A DNA stretch of 64,000 bases from a virus, in the IMG/VR virus record IMGVR_UViG_3300046786_000157, positions 1 through 64,000 of that record, one strand, 5' to 3'. Position numbers and translations under genes: made by a program. Below the pieces are notes generated by a model. That model made no database searches and was not told the origin of the DNA. It saw nothing but the letters and a program-made list of their open reading frames with translations. Shown piece by piece: positions 41,601 through 49,024 of the stretch; within the stretch, counting starts at the first letter, position 1, and every line of letters begins with the position of its first letter.

Positions 41601-44600
41601 CTGTAAATGACCAAGACAGAATCGAATTGTACTCTACAGGAACTGGCGTTGGCCACATACTAAGCGAAGGTGCAAGAGCATCTTGTATCAGTTCGTCTAG
41701 TCCTGTTCGTGAGAACAACATAGCAATTCGTTTTGACAGAACTACTTATAACTCTCAAGTTATTGATTGGTTAGCTGGAAGATTCTATGGATCTTATTAT
41801 GCTGGTACTTATAATAACAGTCAATCTATTTCAAGTTCAGGAATCACATTAGAAACTACACAGCCTCCGATTGATTCTATTTTGGCTAGTGCTCAAGGTG
41901 TGTCATTTGAAATGGTTGACGTAACAAATGACCAATTACTAACATGGTCATCATTCATTCGCTCAGTAAAGAGCACAGAATCAGCTAATGATAGTATTAG
42001 ATTGTCTCCATTAGACGGAAATAATCCTGATCTTTCTGAACTAAGCCTTAACGCATCAGGTACTACAATTGGTTTCTATGTAGGCATGCCAGTTAAGTTT
42101 AAAGGTGCAGTGGGTTCTAGTAACATAGTAAACGATACTGTATATTATGTTAAAGAAGTATTAAATGAATTAGACTTTACTATATCTACGACAGTAAATG
42201 GATCTGTATTTGCATTAGGAGATCAAACAATCAGTGTTGCCGGCTTGCAATGTTTTGTGGGTGAAGTAACAAACACAGCACTTATCACTGTGAACTATCC
42301 TGGAATCCGTACAGCAACCAATACTACTAAAACATCTAATATTGTAACTGCCCCATTAAATCCAACAGGAACAGGCGGCACAGCAGGTTTCTATGTTAAC
42401 TTACCAATATTCTTCACCGGTAATGTATTCGGTGGTGTCATCGAGAACCTAACATACTATGTCACTACAGTTATTGATTCACAAACATTTACTATGTCTG
42501 AAAATCAAGATCCAGTAATCGTTACAATTTATTCTGCTAACGCATCCACTAACATTATTGTTGGTAGTAGTACATTAGAGTTAGCAGTTAATGATCCTGT
42601 AATATTTAATAACATGACTATTGCAGGTAGTGTAGTTACTAACTTTGGTGGTATTATTGATGGTACAATATACTATGTAAGCTCTATTATTAATCCTACT
42701 AACTTCACTATTTCTGAAGTAGTTAACGGTGGTACGTTTGATATAACTTCAACTGTTGTTGCGGCATCAACTACTTCAGCATCAATGACAAGTCAAGTTG
42801 ATACAGTAGCATTAACTACTGCTACTGGAGAAATGGCAATGAACGTATCATTACCAGTAAGCCCAGGACAAGTTAACGGACAGTTGTTCACTATGTATCC
42901 AACATCTGAACAATACTCTGGTTTATCAGGTACTAACGGTAGTATAATCAGTCGTTCAATTGTAAAGACTCTTACCTCAGTTAATAGAATAGCAATTACT
43001 GAAAATAGTGGCGGCTTAACTAACGTATATAATAACTTACCGGTAAAGGTAGCATCTAATATTGGTGGATTGACTTCTGGAACACAATACTACGTAATAG
43101 AGAATGATTATATTGAAGTTGAAGTTACTAATACTTCTTCAACCGGTAATGCATTGACCTGTTCAAGTACTGCATCATTGTATGTAGACATGCCAATTAT
43201 ATTCAGTGGTACTGGCTTAGGAACAATTGATCTAGCAGTTGAATATTATGTTAAATCTATTCCATCATCAACGCAGTTTACTGTTACTAATACCCCAGGC
43301 GGTATAGAAACAGTTCTTACAAATGATAACGGCACGATGACAGGAACTGGATCTCCTTACATTGTAGTATCAACTACATTGGGCGGTAGCGCAGTAGCTT
43401 TATCTACTGCAACAGGTCCTGTGACTATTGACCAGACACCAATCGGAACCCCAGTAGTTGACGCAAGTTATATCATGGGCGGATACAGAGTTGTTATCGA
43501 AGATGGTGCTAGTGGATACGCAGTTGATAATACGATAACAATCTTAGGTACATCTTTAGGTGGCGCAACTACTGCTAATGATTTAGTAATGACAGTAGAT
43601 TCCATTGACAGCAATGGTGTAATACTTTCTGTTATTTGTTCTGGTACACCAGCTGGATCTACTGAACAGTACTACTTAAAAGTAGTATCTGCAAATCAAT
43701 TTGAAGTGTATTCAAATTCACAAATGACTATACCGGTCAGTGGAATAGATTTCCCGTACTATGGTGTTGTATCAACAATTGCTACAGAAACAGTAGCATC
43801 TAGTGACGAAATCACAGTTGAAGATTCTTCTACATTTGATATTAACGATCCTGTAGTATTCACTGGTACTGTATTTGGCGGAGTGACATTGGGTCAAACA
43901 TATTATGTTATTGCTACTCCTTCTGCTACTTCTGTAAAAGTTTCTGAGACAATAGGTGGTTCAGCACTAGCTCTATCAAATGATACAGGTACGATGACAA
44001 TGGCTAAGTTTGGCGACTTTATCGTGTTACCCGAACCTTTCTCGTTCAATCAATCAGTTGTCAAATACAACAATCGAGTATATCGTTGCATCGTCAGTAA
44101 TAATGACGTTGAATTCATATTTGGTAAGTGGGAATTATTAGACAGCGGTAACAGATACTTGAATGCACTTGATAGAATCATTGGTTACTATCAACCTACT
44201 GCTAACATGCCAGGTCTAGACTTGACTCAGTTAGTTGAAGGCATCACTTATCCAAATAGTACTTACAAGGGTAATGCATTTGCCCCTGAACAACAATTTG
44301 AACTTGATACTATCTTGCAAGATCAACCGTTCTACCCTACTCAAGTTGACAACGTTTCAATTACATGGGACGGCTTAACGTATTTAGGAGCATCTAATAC
44401 ACCTGACTACTCAGCAGTCATTGCTAGCGCAACCGGTGATGAGTGGACTATTGCTAAGTTAGCAAATACTTCATTGAATTTCACTGATATGATATATGCA
44501 GGTGGTTTCTACGTATTGACTACTCGCAACGCCGCTACTCCTATCTATAGAAGTAACAACGGAATTGACTGGACATCTAATGGTCAGTATACTCCATATA

Positions 44601-47600
44601 GTGCTACTCCATACGATGACTTCCCTTACGATGTAACTGCATTAGATGTAGCATCTATCTCGTTGAACAGTGTAGGTTATTCTACCTCATTGAATCTATG
44701 GGTAGCAGTAGGAGAGAACATTGTAACTAGTTCAGACACATATATTTGGAGAGAAACTTTTGTATTTGATGATACATTGATACACCAATTCAATGGTGTA
44801 GACGGTGTTTCTGTAACTAGCTTTACAGGCTTTGTTGCTGTAGGTAAAGGTCAAGAGTACGATTATTCTACTGGTGTAACTCAAACAGTTTACACTAACA
44901 TTTTAATGACAAGTACAAATGGACTTCAGTGGAACAAGATCAATTCATTGACAACTAAGGGATTTAACAGTGTAACTGACAACGGTTCTTTAATTATCGT
45001 TGTAGGTGAAAATGGTGTTATATATTCAAGTGTAAATAGCCAGTTATGGTTAGGTGTATCTGAATCATTTGTATACGGTACATTTGATACTACAAATCAA
45101 GTTAGTGTTCAAAGCACACTTGGATTTGCAGTCAACGATAAGATTAGATTCACATCATCATTTGGATCAATAAGTTCTAGTACTGATTACTGGATTAAAA
45201 CAGTAGACTCATCAAGCCGTGTAACAATCTCTACATCATTGGGTGGAAGTACATTGACATTGACAAATGCTCAACCGTCTGCTACAACACAAATGTATCA
45301 TTATCCAGAAACAGATACATTGAATGATGTATATTTTGCTGATTCATTGTTTGTTGCTGTAGGTGAAAACGGTATTATCAGAACATCAAGTGATGGCTAT
45401 GCTTGGACTACACAAACATCTGGTACTAGTGAAAATCTAAACGGTGTTATGTTTAACAGTGATGATTCTGTGTGGATCGTAGTAGGTGACAATAATGTCA
45501 TCTTGCAGAGCAGTGACTCAGGTATAACATGGGAAAGCACTTCTCTGTTCACAGTTGACCCAACTATATATGATGTTCAAGGTAATGAATTCATGTACGG
45601 TTATGGTCCTGAAGAACTAGTTCCTGGTTTAGTTACCGACACTATTACTATGACTATAGCAACACGTCCTGGTACAAACTGGTTAGCTGAAGAATATGCA
45701 CACGTTGGATACAACGTGGTATCAAAAGAGATCACCCCGATATCAACCACACAAACTGTTTACAGCTTTGCTAGAATGGTTCAAACCCCTACCCAACTTG
45801 CAGTATTTGAGATTGACGGTACTACTGGGTTGAGTACAACATTAGTTGGTCCTAATAGTTATTCAATAACACCTGATTATACTATTGATTGGGTTACTGA
45901 CACGATAATATTGAATACTCCACTAGGAGGAACACCTACAAATAGATTACGAGTTGATGTATACGAAACCGGTAACGGAGATCAATTAGTTAAAGCTAGT
46001 ACAAAAACAGATCCAATTCGCCTAAATACATCTACTGGATGGGATGAAATCTATGTTAACTGTAATTACAGTGCACCAATCTTCAATGGTTCAGGGTTAA
46101 TTCAACCAGGCACAAGTGAAAGAAATGCGACTGCAATACAGACTGATTCTACAACAGATACTATTTTGTTTGAAGATGTAAGTCAATTCAGTGTCAATGA
46201 ACCAATCACGTTCCAAGGTGCAGTATTTGGCGGAATTTTAGAGGACACAACATACTATGTAAAGACAGTTAGTACTATTACTAATAAGATTACTGTCTCA
46301 CTAACATATAATATAACTACAAGTACAGCCGGCCCAACACTAGCATTAACTTCTGGCACTGGCAGTATGGTTGCTGTTATTACAGTTGGATCAGGTGCAG
46401 TTTGGACTGCACCGCTAGTATATCGTAATGGTGGTAGATTATTGCGCGGAACAACCGGAACAGTGACAAAAACGAACGGCGGCACTAATACTATCACGTG
46501 TAACACTACTGGTGCAATGATTGTAGGTATGCATATTGTATTCAGTGATACAATGTTTGGTAATGACATTGAAACTGAAAATGTGACAGCAGGCGCATTC
46601 ACTGTGGGGCAGACATATACTATTGTTAGTGTAGGTACTACGGATTTCACTAGTATAGGTGCATCTGCAAACACTAGAGGTGTAGACTTTGTAGCAACAG
46701 GGGTTGGTTCTGGTACAGGTGTAGCGGCTCCAATCTACTTCATTGATTCTATTGTTGATTCAAACGAGTTTACTATTTCTAAGACTTACTTAGGTGCAAC
46801 ATTAGATTTATCTAGCGCAACTGGTGGTGCTTCATTTATAACAAATGACTTTGCATTTGGTATAGCTGATAATGGTGTTTCTGCTAAAATGATGTTTGCA
46901 AGTCACTATGACGCTAGAGATGACTACATAACATATACGTTGTTTGGCGAAACAACACCGGAGCAATATGGATATACTATACCTGAAGTACAGTATTTCA
47001 CTGGTGCAACAGGTCAAACTGAGTTCATTTTATTGAACAACGATGACATGGACAACGTAACTAATGCTGTAGTTGAAATAGACGGAGTTAGAGTTACTGA
47101 TACTGAATATACCATTGATGCATATGCAGATACTCTTACTTTTGTGACTGCACCAAGTGCAGGAGCAATTATTTCAGTAACTAGTTACAATGATACATTA
47201 CGTCAGTATTTCACTACTCAGTACGGCATTACGGGTAATACAGTATCGGCAATCAGTGCAATATCTAACGCTATAACTTCGCCTATCGCATCTACTAACG
47301 TAACTGCAACTGACGGAACTACTGAGTATATTACGTGTGTTTCTACTACTGGATTTATTGTAGGACAAACAGTAGAGTTTAAGGGTACTGGTTTTGGTGG
47401 CATTGCAACTGATGGTACAGTTTACTTTGTACGTGCTATCATTGATAGTACTCACTTTACTATTCAAAATGAATCTGGTACAATAATTAACTTGTCAACA
47501 GCTTCAGGATTATGTGTAGCTTATGTCGGTGGACAGCCCGCAGTTCGTGTAACTACTAATACTGCTAACGGTTATGCTGACGGTGATGTTGTTATTATCG

Positions 47601-48856
47601 ACGGAACTACCGGCTCAACACAATTGAATAATCAAATATTCTACGTAAAAGTAATAAGCTCAACACAATTTGACTTGTATTCTGAACCATACAATTCTTC
47701 ATATGCCGCAGTTAATTATCCAGTCACGGATATTTCTGCATATACAGGCGGAGGATACACATGGATACAAAACATATTCCCGATCATTACAGTAGAATCT
47801 ACTGGAACAACTGTTATTGTCGATAGTCATAGAATATTAGCAAACACTACACAACTAGTTGTTGATACTCCTGTACTATTCTCATTATTTGGAACACAAA
47901 TCGGTGATGTGTTGAACTCAGGAATTGTTGTAGGAACAACATACTATGTAAAAGAAATATTCAACGTAAGTGAGTTTTCTATCTCTGAAACACGTGGTGG
48001 TTCTGAGTTTGCATTAGTTGCTGACGCACAGACATTCAATATCACTCAGTGGGAACAAGAAAACGTTGACAGACTTTGGGTCACGGTTAACGGATACAGA
48101 GTTCCTTCTAGCTCATTGAGAATTAATCCTAATAATCAAGTGAGTATATTGACCGCTATAGCATCCGGTGATGAAGTTATCATGACTAGTATGATTCCAA
48201 GTGCTACACCAAACGAAGAGGTTTATCAATTGAACATTAATCAAACAAATCAAGCGACTGTGTATAGAGCAAATACTAATACTAGAACATGGTTGACTGC
48301 ACCGTTGTATAACACTTCAAGCAGTATTCAGGTTCAGGATGTTACTCGTGTTACTGATACTATAGTTCAGGAAGTAACTGCTCCTGCTGAAGTAGACGGT
48401 GTCACTAGTATTGGTTTGACAGCAGATAAGAATATAATTTCAGCAATCACTGTATATAATAACACTAGTTCTCAATTAGTCACAAACTATACAATAACTG
48501 TTGTTGATTTAGCCCCAACACTAGTTATTTCTTCGGGAGTTTCAGCAGGTGATTCAATAACTATCACGATTATTGAGGGTAATTTGGTCTATATCAACGG
48601 TGAGCAAATCAAGTTCACCTCCGTGGATCTGGAAAATAACACATTATCCGGTCTACAGAGGGGCACGAACGGTACCGGTGAGCAGTTCGCTATCCCGTTA
48701 TATGCTGAAGTTTTTGGTATATTGTCTAGTAATAGAATGACTAACGTAGAGTACGCAGAAGTATGGAATTCATACGATTATAACACTACGGACGGTGATC
48801 CTCTACAGATTAGCAATACAGCCCCTGCAATATTCTTAAATACGGACGTCAGCTAA
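29627..48856 (+). CDS. Giant (6409 aa) gp7-like baseplate wedge/adhesin protein with many repeated beta modules
   Basis: Uninterrupted 19.2-kb ORF directly after gp6 (the T4 gp7 position). It has ~15 copies of an FxGxxFGG..YYV..FT(I/V)S module, FG-GAP-like and BNR-like propeller repeats, and GxGY motifs. Confidence 0.75.
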   Translation: MATRIRTLNFLPDIFKTPTNAQFLRATLDQIVDQPNTQKIEGYIGSKFGYGINPKDYYVTEPTKTRTDYQLEPGVVFTKNNESTAQDFISYPGIIDALKLEGAITDDNNRLFTSQFYSWDSFTNLDKIINFNQYYWLPNGPEQVVVSADTVFISTDYIVNDAVNGYNITTPNSGAGSTNPTLTLLRGGTYTFAVNQTSQFWIQGEPGVTGYSLTQPNVQTRDVLGVTNNGTTSGIVTFTVPNKNAQDEYNFPGNNPVGVVSTLPFVQINGARVSDIGGIDGITSLEGLTVMFYNTGVVNESGFISNFFDYTAFDVNNDLVPAATLNVTATSATGDLITCNTTSDLTVGSTITFTGTPFGGLSIYSETLPNTLYYVESVVNSTQFTVSLSLGGSPVTLTTATGSLTANINQGLMEEGYYTQVNNTFYTVTYVGDPSNPTIRLLPAGPIPIEQKIIPQYGTEWINRTFYKDVNGNISLVPYLSCLLDTLYYQDGTTANKVGVIRLIDSNTTNRINVETDILGRANYTASNGVVFTNGLKVVFEGDIYPASYKTGQYYVEGVGSAIELIAVSDLIAPEAFTVSTYIPYDTTPYDISNFDSDLYIPVIPDYITIARNSINKNAWSRSNRWFHIDVINASATYNNNPSLVTTYATNTNKAKRPIIEFYPNLALFNSGAIGKAPVDFIDMRTTDAFSQVAGQENYYPDVASYTTASASFTGTLITAGSFVIGKKYKIVSLGTTNFVAIGASANTVGTTFTATGVGSGTGTASIYISQTVTASSGYPANTLTCGSTSQFSVNDKIVFTGTVFGGVTSGAVYYINNIIDDYTFMISLAQDGDVFPVSTDTGSMTATVTPLTTTVTVATANLFGSIQVGQYITDSTNLLPTNSIISAINQTTTTTTITVTWTSDSLFLTTAVAALVTTDTTVDNYALFEGSRIVFTVDEDPEVRNKIYVAHFSTISSSGSPVLTLSEASDGEVLPNEQTVAFRGYNNAGKDFHFDGIEWFSSQQKVNANQPPLFDVYDSNGISFGDRSVYVGSSFAGSKLFAYGIASAGLDDTVLGFPVRYSSVDNVGDISFDVSLNSDTFDYVSGTNPITQKVNTGYVYNYTSTTSYVRELGWQTAVAPSIQYQLFQLTYGPETLDTFFLDIAPLGETQSEWPVFQVYADNVLLDSTQYSYTTNNNSTTIVMLYTPVTTQIIEVVMLSDQVSKSAFYTIPVNLNNNPLNEDLTVANIGDIRGQYQSIFYNNPNTTGEVFGPNNYRDLGNVVPWGNKIIQNSASLVLPSVFLRKQNHNLFNALMYNSREYISFKSLLIDTVNKTAYSRLQTPAEMLDNALDQMAASKTDSEPFFWSDMLPSKAAYVANTYSFANSLDVSIYPLTRVYDFATANYYGVLVYLVRTTNGVTQTTQLIRDVDYTVSATAPSLTVTLDLLPNDQVIIKEYNQTYGSYAPNTPTKMGLYPASIPGVVLDSSYTIPTYFIKGHDGSYNKLYGSYDPTTNSLVDFRDQALLEYETRVYNNLKLSNVIPIQEYEVMPGFFRNTDYSNDEILKIYSETFLNWVGQNRVNYKRQIYNKQDQYSWNYYQSGNKIDKAVIQQGNWRGVYQYFYDTTNPDTSPWEMLGFKNMPSWWSDRYGPAPYTSDNLVLWGDLAAGINWNNGNPVVIEQAIRPQLLEVLPVDSEGNLVSPFVSLVGNYNSNIFQRDWKVGDAGPAEFSYRRSSSYPFDLMRILALTKPAEFFNLGVDVDHYKYNAEFNQYLVNNRSHLKLSDIDVYGNGTAVTSYVNWIVDYEKQVGVDATQNISDLLKNVDVRLIYRVAGFTDKNLLKFYVEKGTPNSRNASLLIPDESYSVLLYDNQPFDRIVYSGVIIQLTKNGYTVFGNSQSDAYFTIQDPLINGNYTTVEVDDLTVKLANDYADSVSYVPYNTEFYTVQEVSQFIESYGTYLERQGVLFDQVENGVPVNWRQMVAEFMYWSQTGWQTGSIVTMNPAATLLAIDKENSIVQPLTLRQQNFILNQNLYPIQAKDMSVLRDGTAFTVQPLNQGDTVAYGQFNMSNFEHGIVFDNVTLFNDIIYNTITGLRQTRILTKGTKTAEWNGTVDAQGFILNQDNIQEWNKEVKYTTGSIVKYKNKYWIATKIIQAKELFEERDWKQTDYNEIQKGLLPNSSTRSYESTLYYDVNKANLENDADLLSFSLIGYRPRDYMALADLTDITQVNVYKNMIKNKGTRNATNAFKGANLPQGGIDYELFENWAILSGEFGGVLNSNFVEFKINEKYMTGNPSIVGLTRATPDEGVQQEVPIYSLFNYGRPVTDANILPTVPTNTPSTIFPDAGYVNFNDVKMVSYFYNNMASAINQNGTVIPLDDFYVRDYVWLADYLGTWQVYTPTSMGQVVTAKNNLNGTVTLTFATPHNLSKYEAFAVVNFDVSINGYYITTLVIDPYRVIINLNLNPNILNVTGQGIGFKFQSQRVATPADIANLPLLDSEFIKNKVWVDANDDGAWAVYRKGINYQYESEITKENTVTFGSAVAYTSTLGYLISDAGDGKAYRYTYNDLTNVYNLVQTISHGTSFGTAIAYADNIFAISEPTTAAQVHIYDLQNTTLVDDLIVYQSPITALGGSTNWGSAVAISGDKNWLFISATDLNRVYVYRLSQVTSEYEYITYLTVAGLTTGDLFGYSIATDYYGDTVVISAPGKDYSATIDNWGYTYVFDRSIQNIEALYTTPVLSSQNFTLAWTPSTITTTATATVDSTNRITCTSTAGFVGGTLGQPVIFSGSVLPNSNIDPNTVYYIKTVVDATHFTISLTRNGDVFDVTTDSGSMIVNVQSTPLYVSVNGTILEDNDYAVIGNTISIVKSINAGDIVNVSGNQFTQVQVLTTEATPRVGVHFGQSVDTTTYASEIIVGAPFALNSENQEGAVYRYTNGGGKYGVIIGTSNCSLTVARNVLINGYLVSIPAGDAVVASNYINSSKITNVQASAFNGKLVISLIDNNLATPNEKLILAVTDSATLAELGISIFTQTQVVTCPHKTGPTQFGNVVKFNQAGSFVASAPTGTRYVSTTFDFSDDENQDDDTIFDNNTTQWVDSYPYAGAVYMFDYLAVDNESLLTPGKFAYAQSVNALNQEYGAQPLYGHAVDFSDYHVIVGTPNFTSGDSNGQVITYINASGQQDWSVYRSSSPVVDINRIQNIQLFSAETNNTLDNLDYIDPLQGKILGSVRENIDFISNIDPAGYNTTPVADSTQRPLAWTANKVGQIWFDTSAVRFVNYHQNDNTYNSKYWSTLFPGSNVAVYTWISSNVPPSSYTGPGVPYDRTVYSVDYISNPSGSLTPVYFFWARNTNIIFENIGKTLADSVIQAYILSPKSSGIAYFTPLLPNVFGLYNCSSYINANDTVLHIGYSTGTNDDVSHSRYSLIRANYADDFLPGLPTTTSTDTPQYLYDRMLDSMCGVDETGAVVPNPYLPKAVQLGVLVRPRQSFFINRFLALKNYLTYANEILSLYPITETRQSAFLNKSGEFYNTSDYWNYVNWWAVGYNDNTKSAVQVPIYADLAALEVSSGTIARVAANGDGKSETYVKNTDGTWTRIGLTDGTIAFSSALWDYAEARLGFGDNFYDTNVYDEYPSEQTRYIIRALNEQIYINDLLIYRNKSLILMFEYIQSETIESQNYLPWLNKTSFIDVAHTIRELLPLEVFQSDNQDFLSGYINEVKPYHVVVKEFLFKYTKTDVYEGDITDFDLPAKYNTTLEKFITPELVYSNPSSDNQYLPSDAIWNDPAYSQWFNNYGVTLTGQPDYPISMLATYIALNTNAFAVDNAYGFPINGVVKIGTELIGYSDVDRNLNVISGLTRGVDGTAITTHIPGETISMDLPAVLVLNGGRGYAEPPKVTAYIDTTIYPEPDEVAQLVAVMNLDSVLSIEVVNPGKGYAVLPEIIIDSAVNVTFSSSEVSVTTNTIQLYAPLLATGDIVKYDVMDGTTPIQGLAVGQWYYVRVLETVPTVTVGLYSRYNNAVNDQDRIELYSTGTGVGHILSEGARASCISSSSPVRENNIAIRFDRTTYNSQVIDWLAGRFYGSYYAGTYNNSQSISSSGITLETTQPPIDSILASAQGVSFEMVDVTNDQLLTWSSFIRSVKSTESANDSIRLSPLDGNNPDLSELSLNASGTTIGFYVGMPVKFKGAVGSSNIVNDTVYYVKEVLNELDFTISTTVNGSVFALGDQTISVAGLQCFVGEVTNTALITVNYPGIRTATNTTKTSNIVTAPLNPTGTGGTAGFYVNLPIFFTGNVFGGVIENLTYYVTTVIDSQTFTMSENQDPVIVTIYSANASTNIIVGSSTLELAVNDPVIFNNMTIAGSVVTNFGGIIDGTIYYVSSIINPTNFTISEVVNGGTFDITSTVVAASTTSASMTSQVDTVALTTATGEMAMNVSLPVSPGQVNGQLFTMYPTSEQYSGLSGTNGSIISRSIVKTLTSVNRIAITENSGGLTNVYNNLPVKVASNIGGLTSGTQYYVIENDYIEVEVTNTSSTGNALTCSSTASLYVDMPIIFSGTGLGTIDLAVEYYVKSIPSSTQFTVTNTPGGIETVLTNDNGTMTGTGSPYIVVSTTLGGSAVALSTATGPVTIDQTPIGTPVVDASYIMGGYRVVIEDGASGYAVDNTITILGTSLGGATTANDLVMTVDSIDSNGVILSVICSGTPAGSTEQYYLKVVSANQFEVYSNSQMTIPVSGIDFPYYGVVSTIATETVASSDEITVEDSSTFDINDPVVFTGTVFGGVTLGQTYYVIATPSATSVKVSETIGGSALALSNDTGTMTMAKFGDFIVLPEPFSFNQSVVKYNNRVYRCIVSNNDVEFIFGKWELLDSGNRYLNALDRIIGYYQPTANMPGLDLTQLVEGITYPNSTYKGNAFAPEQQFELDTILQDQPFYPTQVDNVSITWDGLTYLGASNTPDYSAVIASATGDEWTIAKLANTSLNFTDMIYAGGFYVLTTRNAATPIYRSNNGIDWTSNGQYTPYSATPYDDFPYDVTALDVASISLNSVGYSTSLNLWVAVGENIVTSSDTYIWRETFVFDDTLIHQFNGVDGVSVTSFTGFVAVGKGQEYDYSTGVTQTVYTNILMTSTNGLQWNKINSLTTKGFNSVTDNGSLIIVVGENGVIYSSVNSQLWLGVSESFVYGTFDTTNQVSVQSTLGFAVNDKIRFTSSFGSISSSTDYWIKTVDSSSRVTISTSLGGSTLTLTNAQPSATTQMYHYPETDTLNDVYFADSLFVAVGENGIIRTSSDGYAWTTQTSGTSENLNGVMFNSDDSVWIVVGDNNVILQSSDSGITWESTSLFTVDPTIYDVQGNEFMYGYGPEELVPGLVTDTITMTIATRPGTNWLAEEYAHVGYNVVSKEITPISTTQTVYSFARMVQTPTQLAVFEIDGTTGLSTTLVGPNSYSITPDYTIDWVTDTIILNTPLGGTPTNRLRVDVYETGNGDQLVKASTKTDPIRLNTSTGWDEIYVNCNYSAPIFNGSGLIQPGTSERNATAIQTDSTTDTILFEDVSQFSVNEPITFQGAVFGGILEDTTYYVKTVSTITNKITVSLTYNITTSTAGPTLALTSGTGSMVAVITVGSGAVWTAPLVYRNGGRLLRGTTGTVTKTNGGTNTITCNTTGAMIVGMHIVFSDTMFGNDIETENVTAGAFTVGQTYTIVSVGTTDFTSIGASANTRGVDFVATGVGSGTGVAAPIYFIDSIVDSNEFTISKTYLGATLDLSSATGGASFITNDFAFGIADNGVSAKMMFASHYDARDDYITYTLFGETTPEQYGYTIPEVQYFTGATGQTEFILLNNDDMDNVTNAVVEIDGVRVTDTEYTIDAYADTLTFVTAPSAGAIISVTSYNDTLRQYFTTQYGITGNTVSAISAISNAITSPIASTNVTATDGTTEYITCVSTTGFIVGQTVEFKGTGFGGIATDGTVYFVRAIIDSTHFTIQNESGTIINLSTASGLCVAYVGGQPAVRVTTNTANGYADGDVVIIDGTTGSTQLNNQIFYVKVISSTQFDLYSEPYNSSYAAVNYPVTDISAYTGGGYTWIQNIFPIITVESTGTTVIVDSHRILANTTQLVVDTPVLFSLFGTQIGDVLNSGIVVGTTYYVKEIFNVSEFSISETRGGSEFALVADAQTFNITQWEQENVDRLWVTVNGYRVPSSSLRINPNNQVSILTAIASGDEVIMTSMIPSATPNEEVYQLNINQTNQATVYRANTNTRTWLTAPLYNTSSSIQVQDVTRVTDTIVQEVTAPAEVDGVTSIGLTADKNIISAITVYNNTSSQLVTNYTITVVDLAPTLVISSGVSAGDSITITIIEGNLVYINGEQIKFTSVDLENNTLSGLQRGTNGTGEQFAIPLYAEVFGILSSNRMTNVEYAEVWNSYDYNTTDGDPLQISNTAPAIFLNTDVS

Positions 48857-48858
48857 AT

Positions 48859-48866
48859 GATAAATA
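48859..48866 (+). promoter_or_regulatory. Late promoter GATAAATA, 5 nt before the ATG at 48872
   Basis: Sequence GATAAATA-aatat-ATG, with no SD. Confidence 0.6.
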
Positions 48867-48871
48867 AATAT

Positions 48872-49024
48872 ATGAATAATAACGAGGATAAGAATAAAGT
48901 TGAAACTACGGAAACCCCCGGACAAAAGCCAAATGAGTCCGGTGGTGTCTATTTTTCTTCACATTTAAAGATTTCAGATCCCAACACTAAAGAAATATTG
49001 GTCCAAATGCGAGGCGATAACTAA
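48872..49024 (+). CDS. Unannotated 50-aa protein resembling the N-terminus of the downstream gene
   Basis: My translation is MNNNEDKNKVETTETPGQKPNESGGVYFSSHLKISDPNTKEILVQMRGDN*. It has a late promoter upstream and a TAATG overlap with the next gene. Confidence 0.75.
   Translation: MNNNEDKNKVETTETPGQKPNESGGVYFSSHLKISDPNTKEILVQMRGDN

Noticed and set aside
29627-48856. Intein, intron or stop-codon recoding as the cause of the giant ORF
   Set aside because: I saw no intein N/C motifs or homing-endonuclease signature; the frame is open in the standard code, and neighbouring genes end normally.
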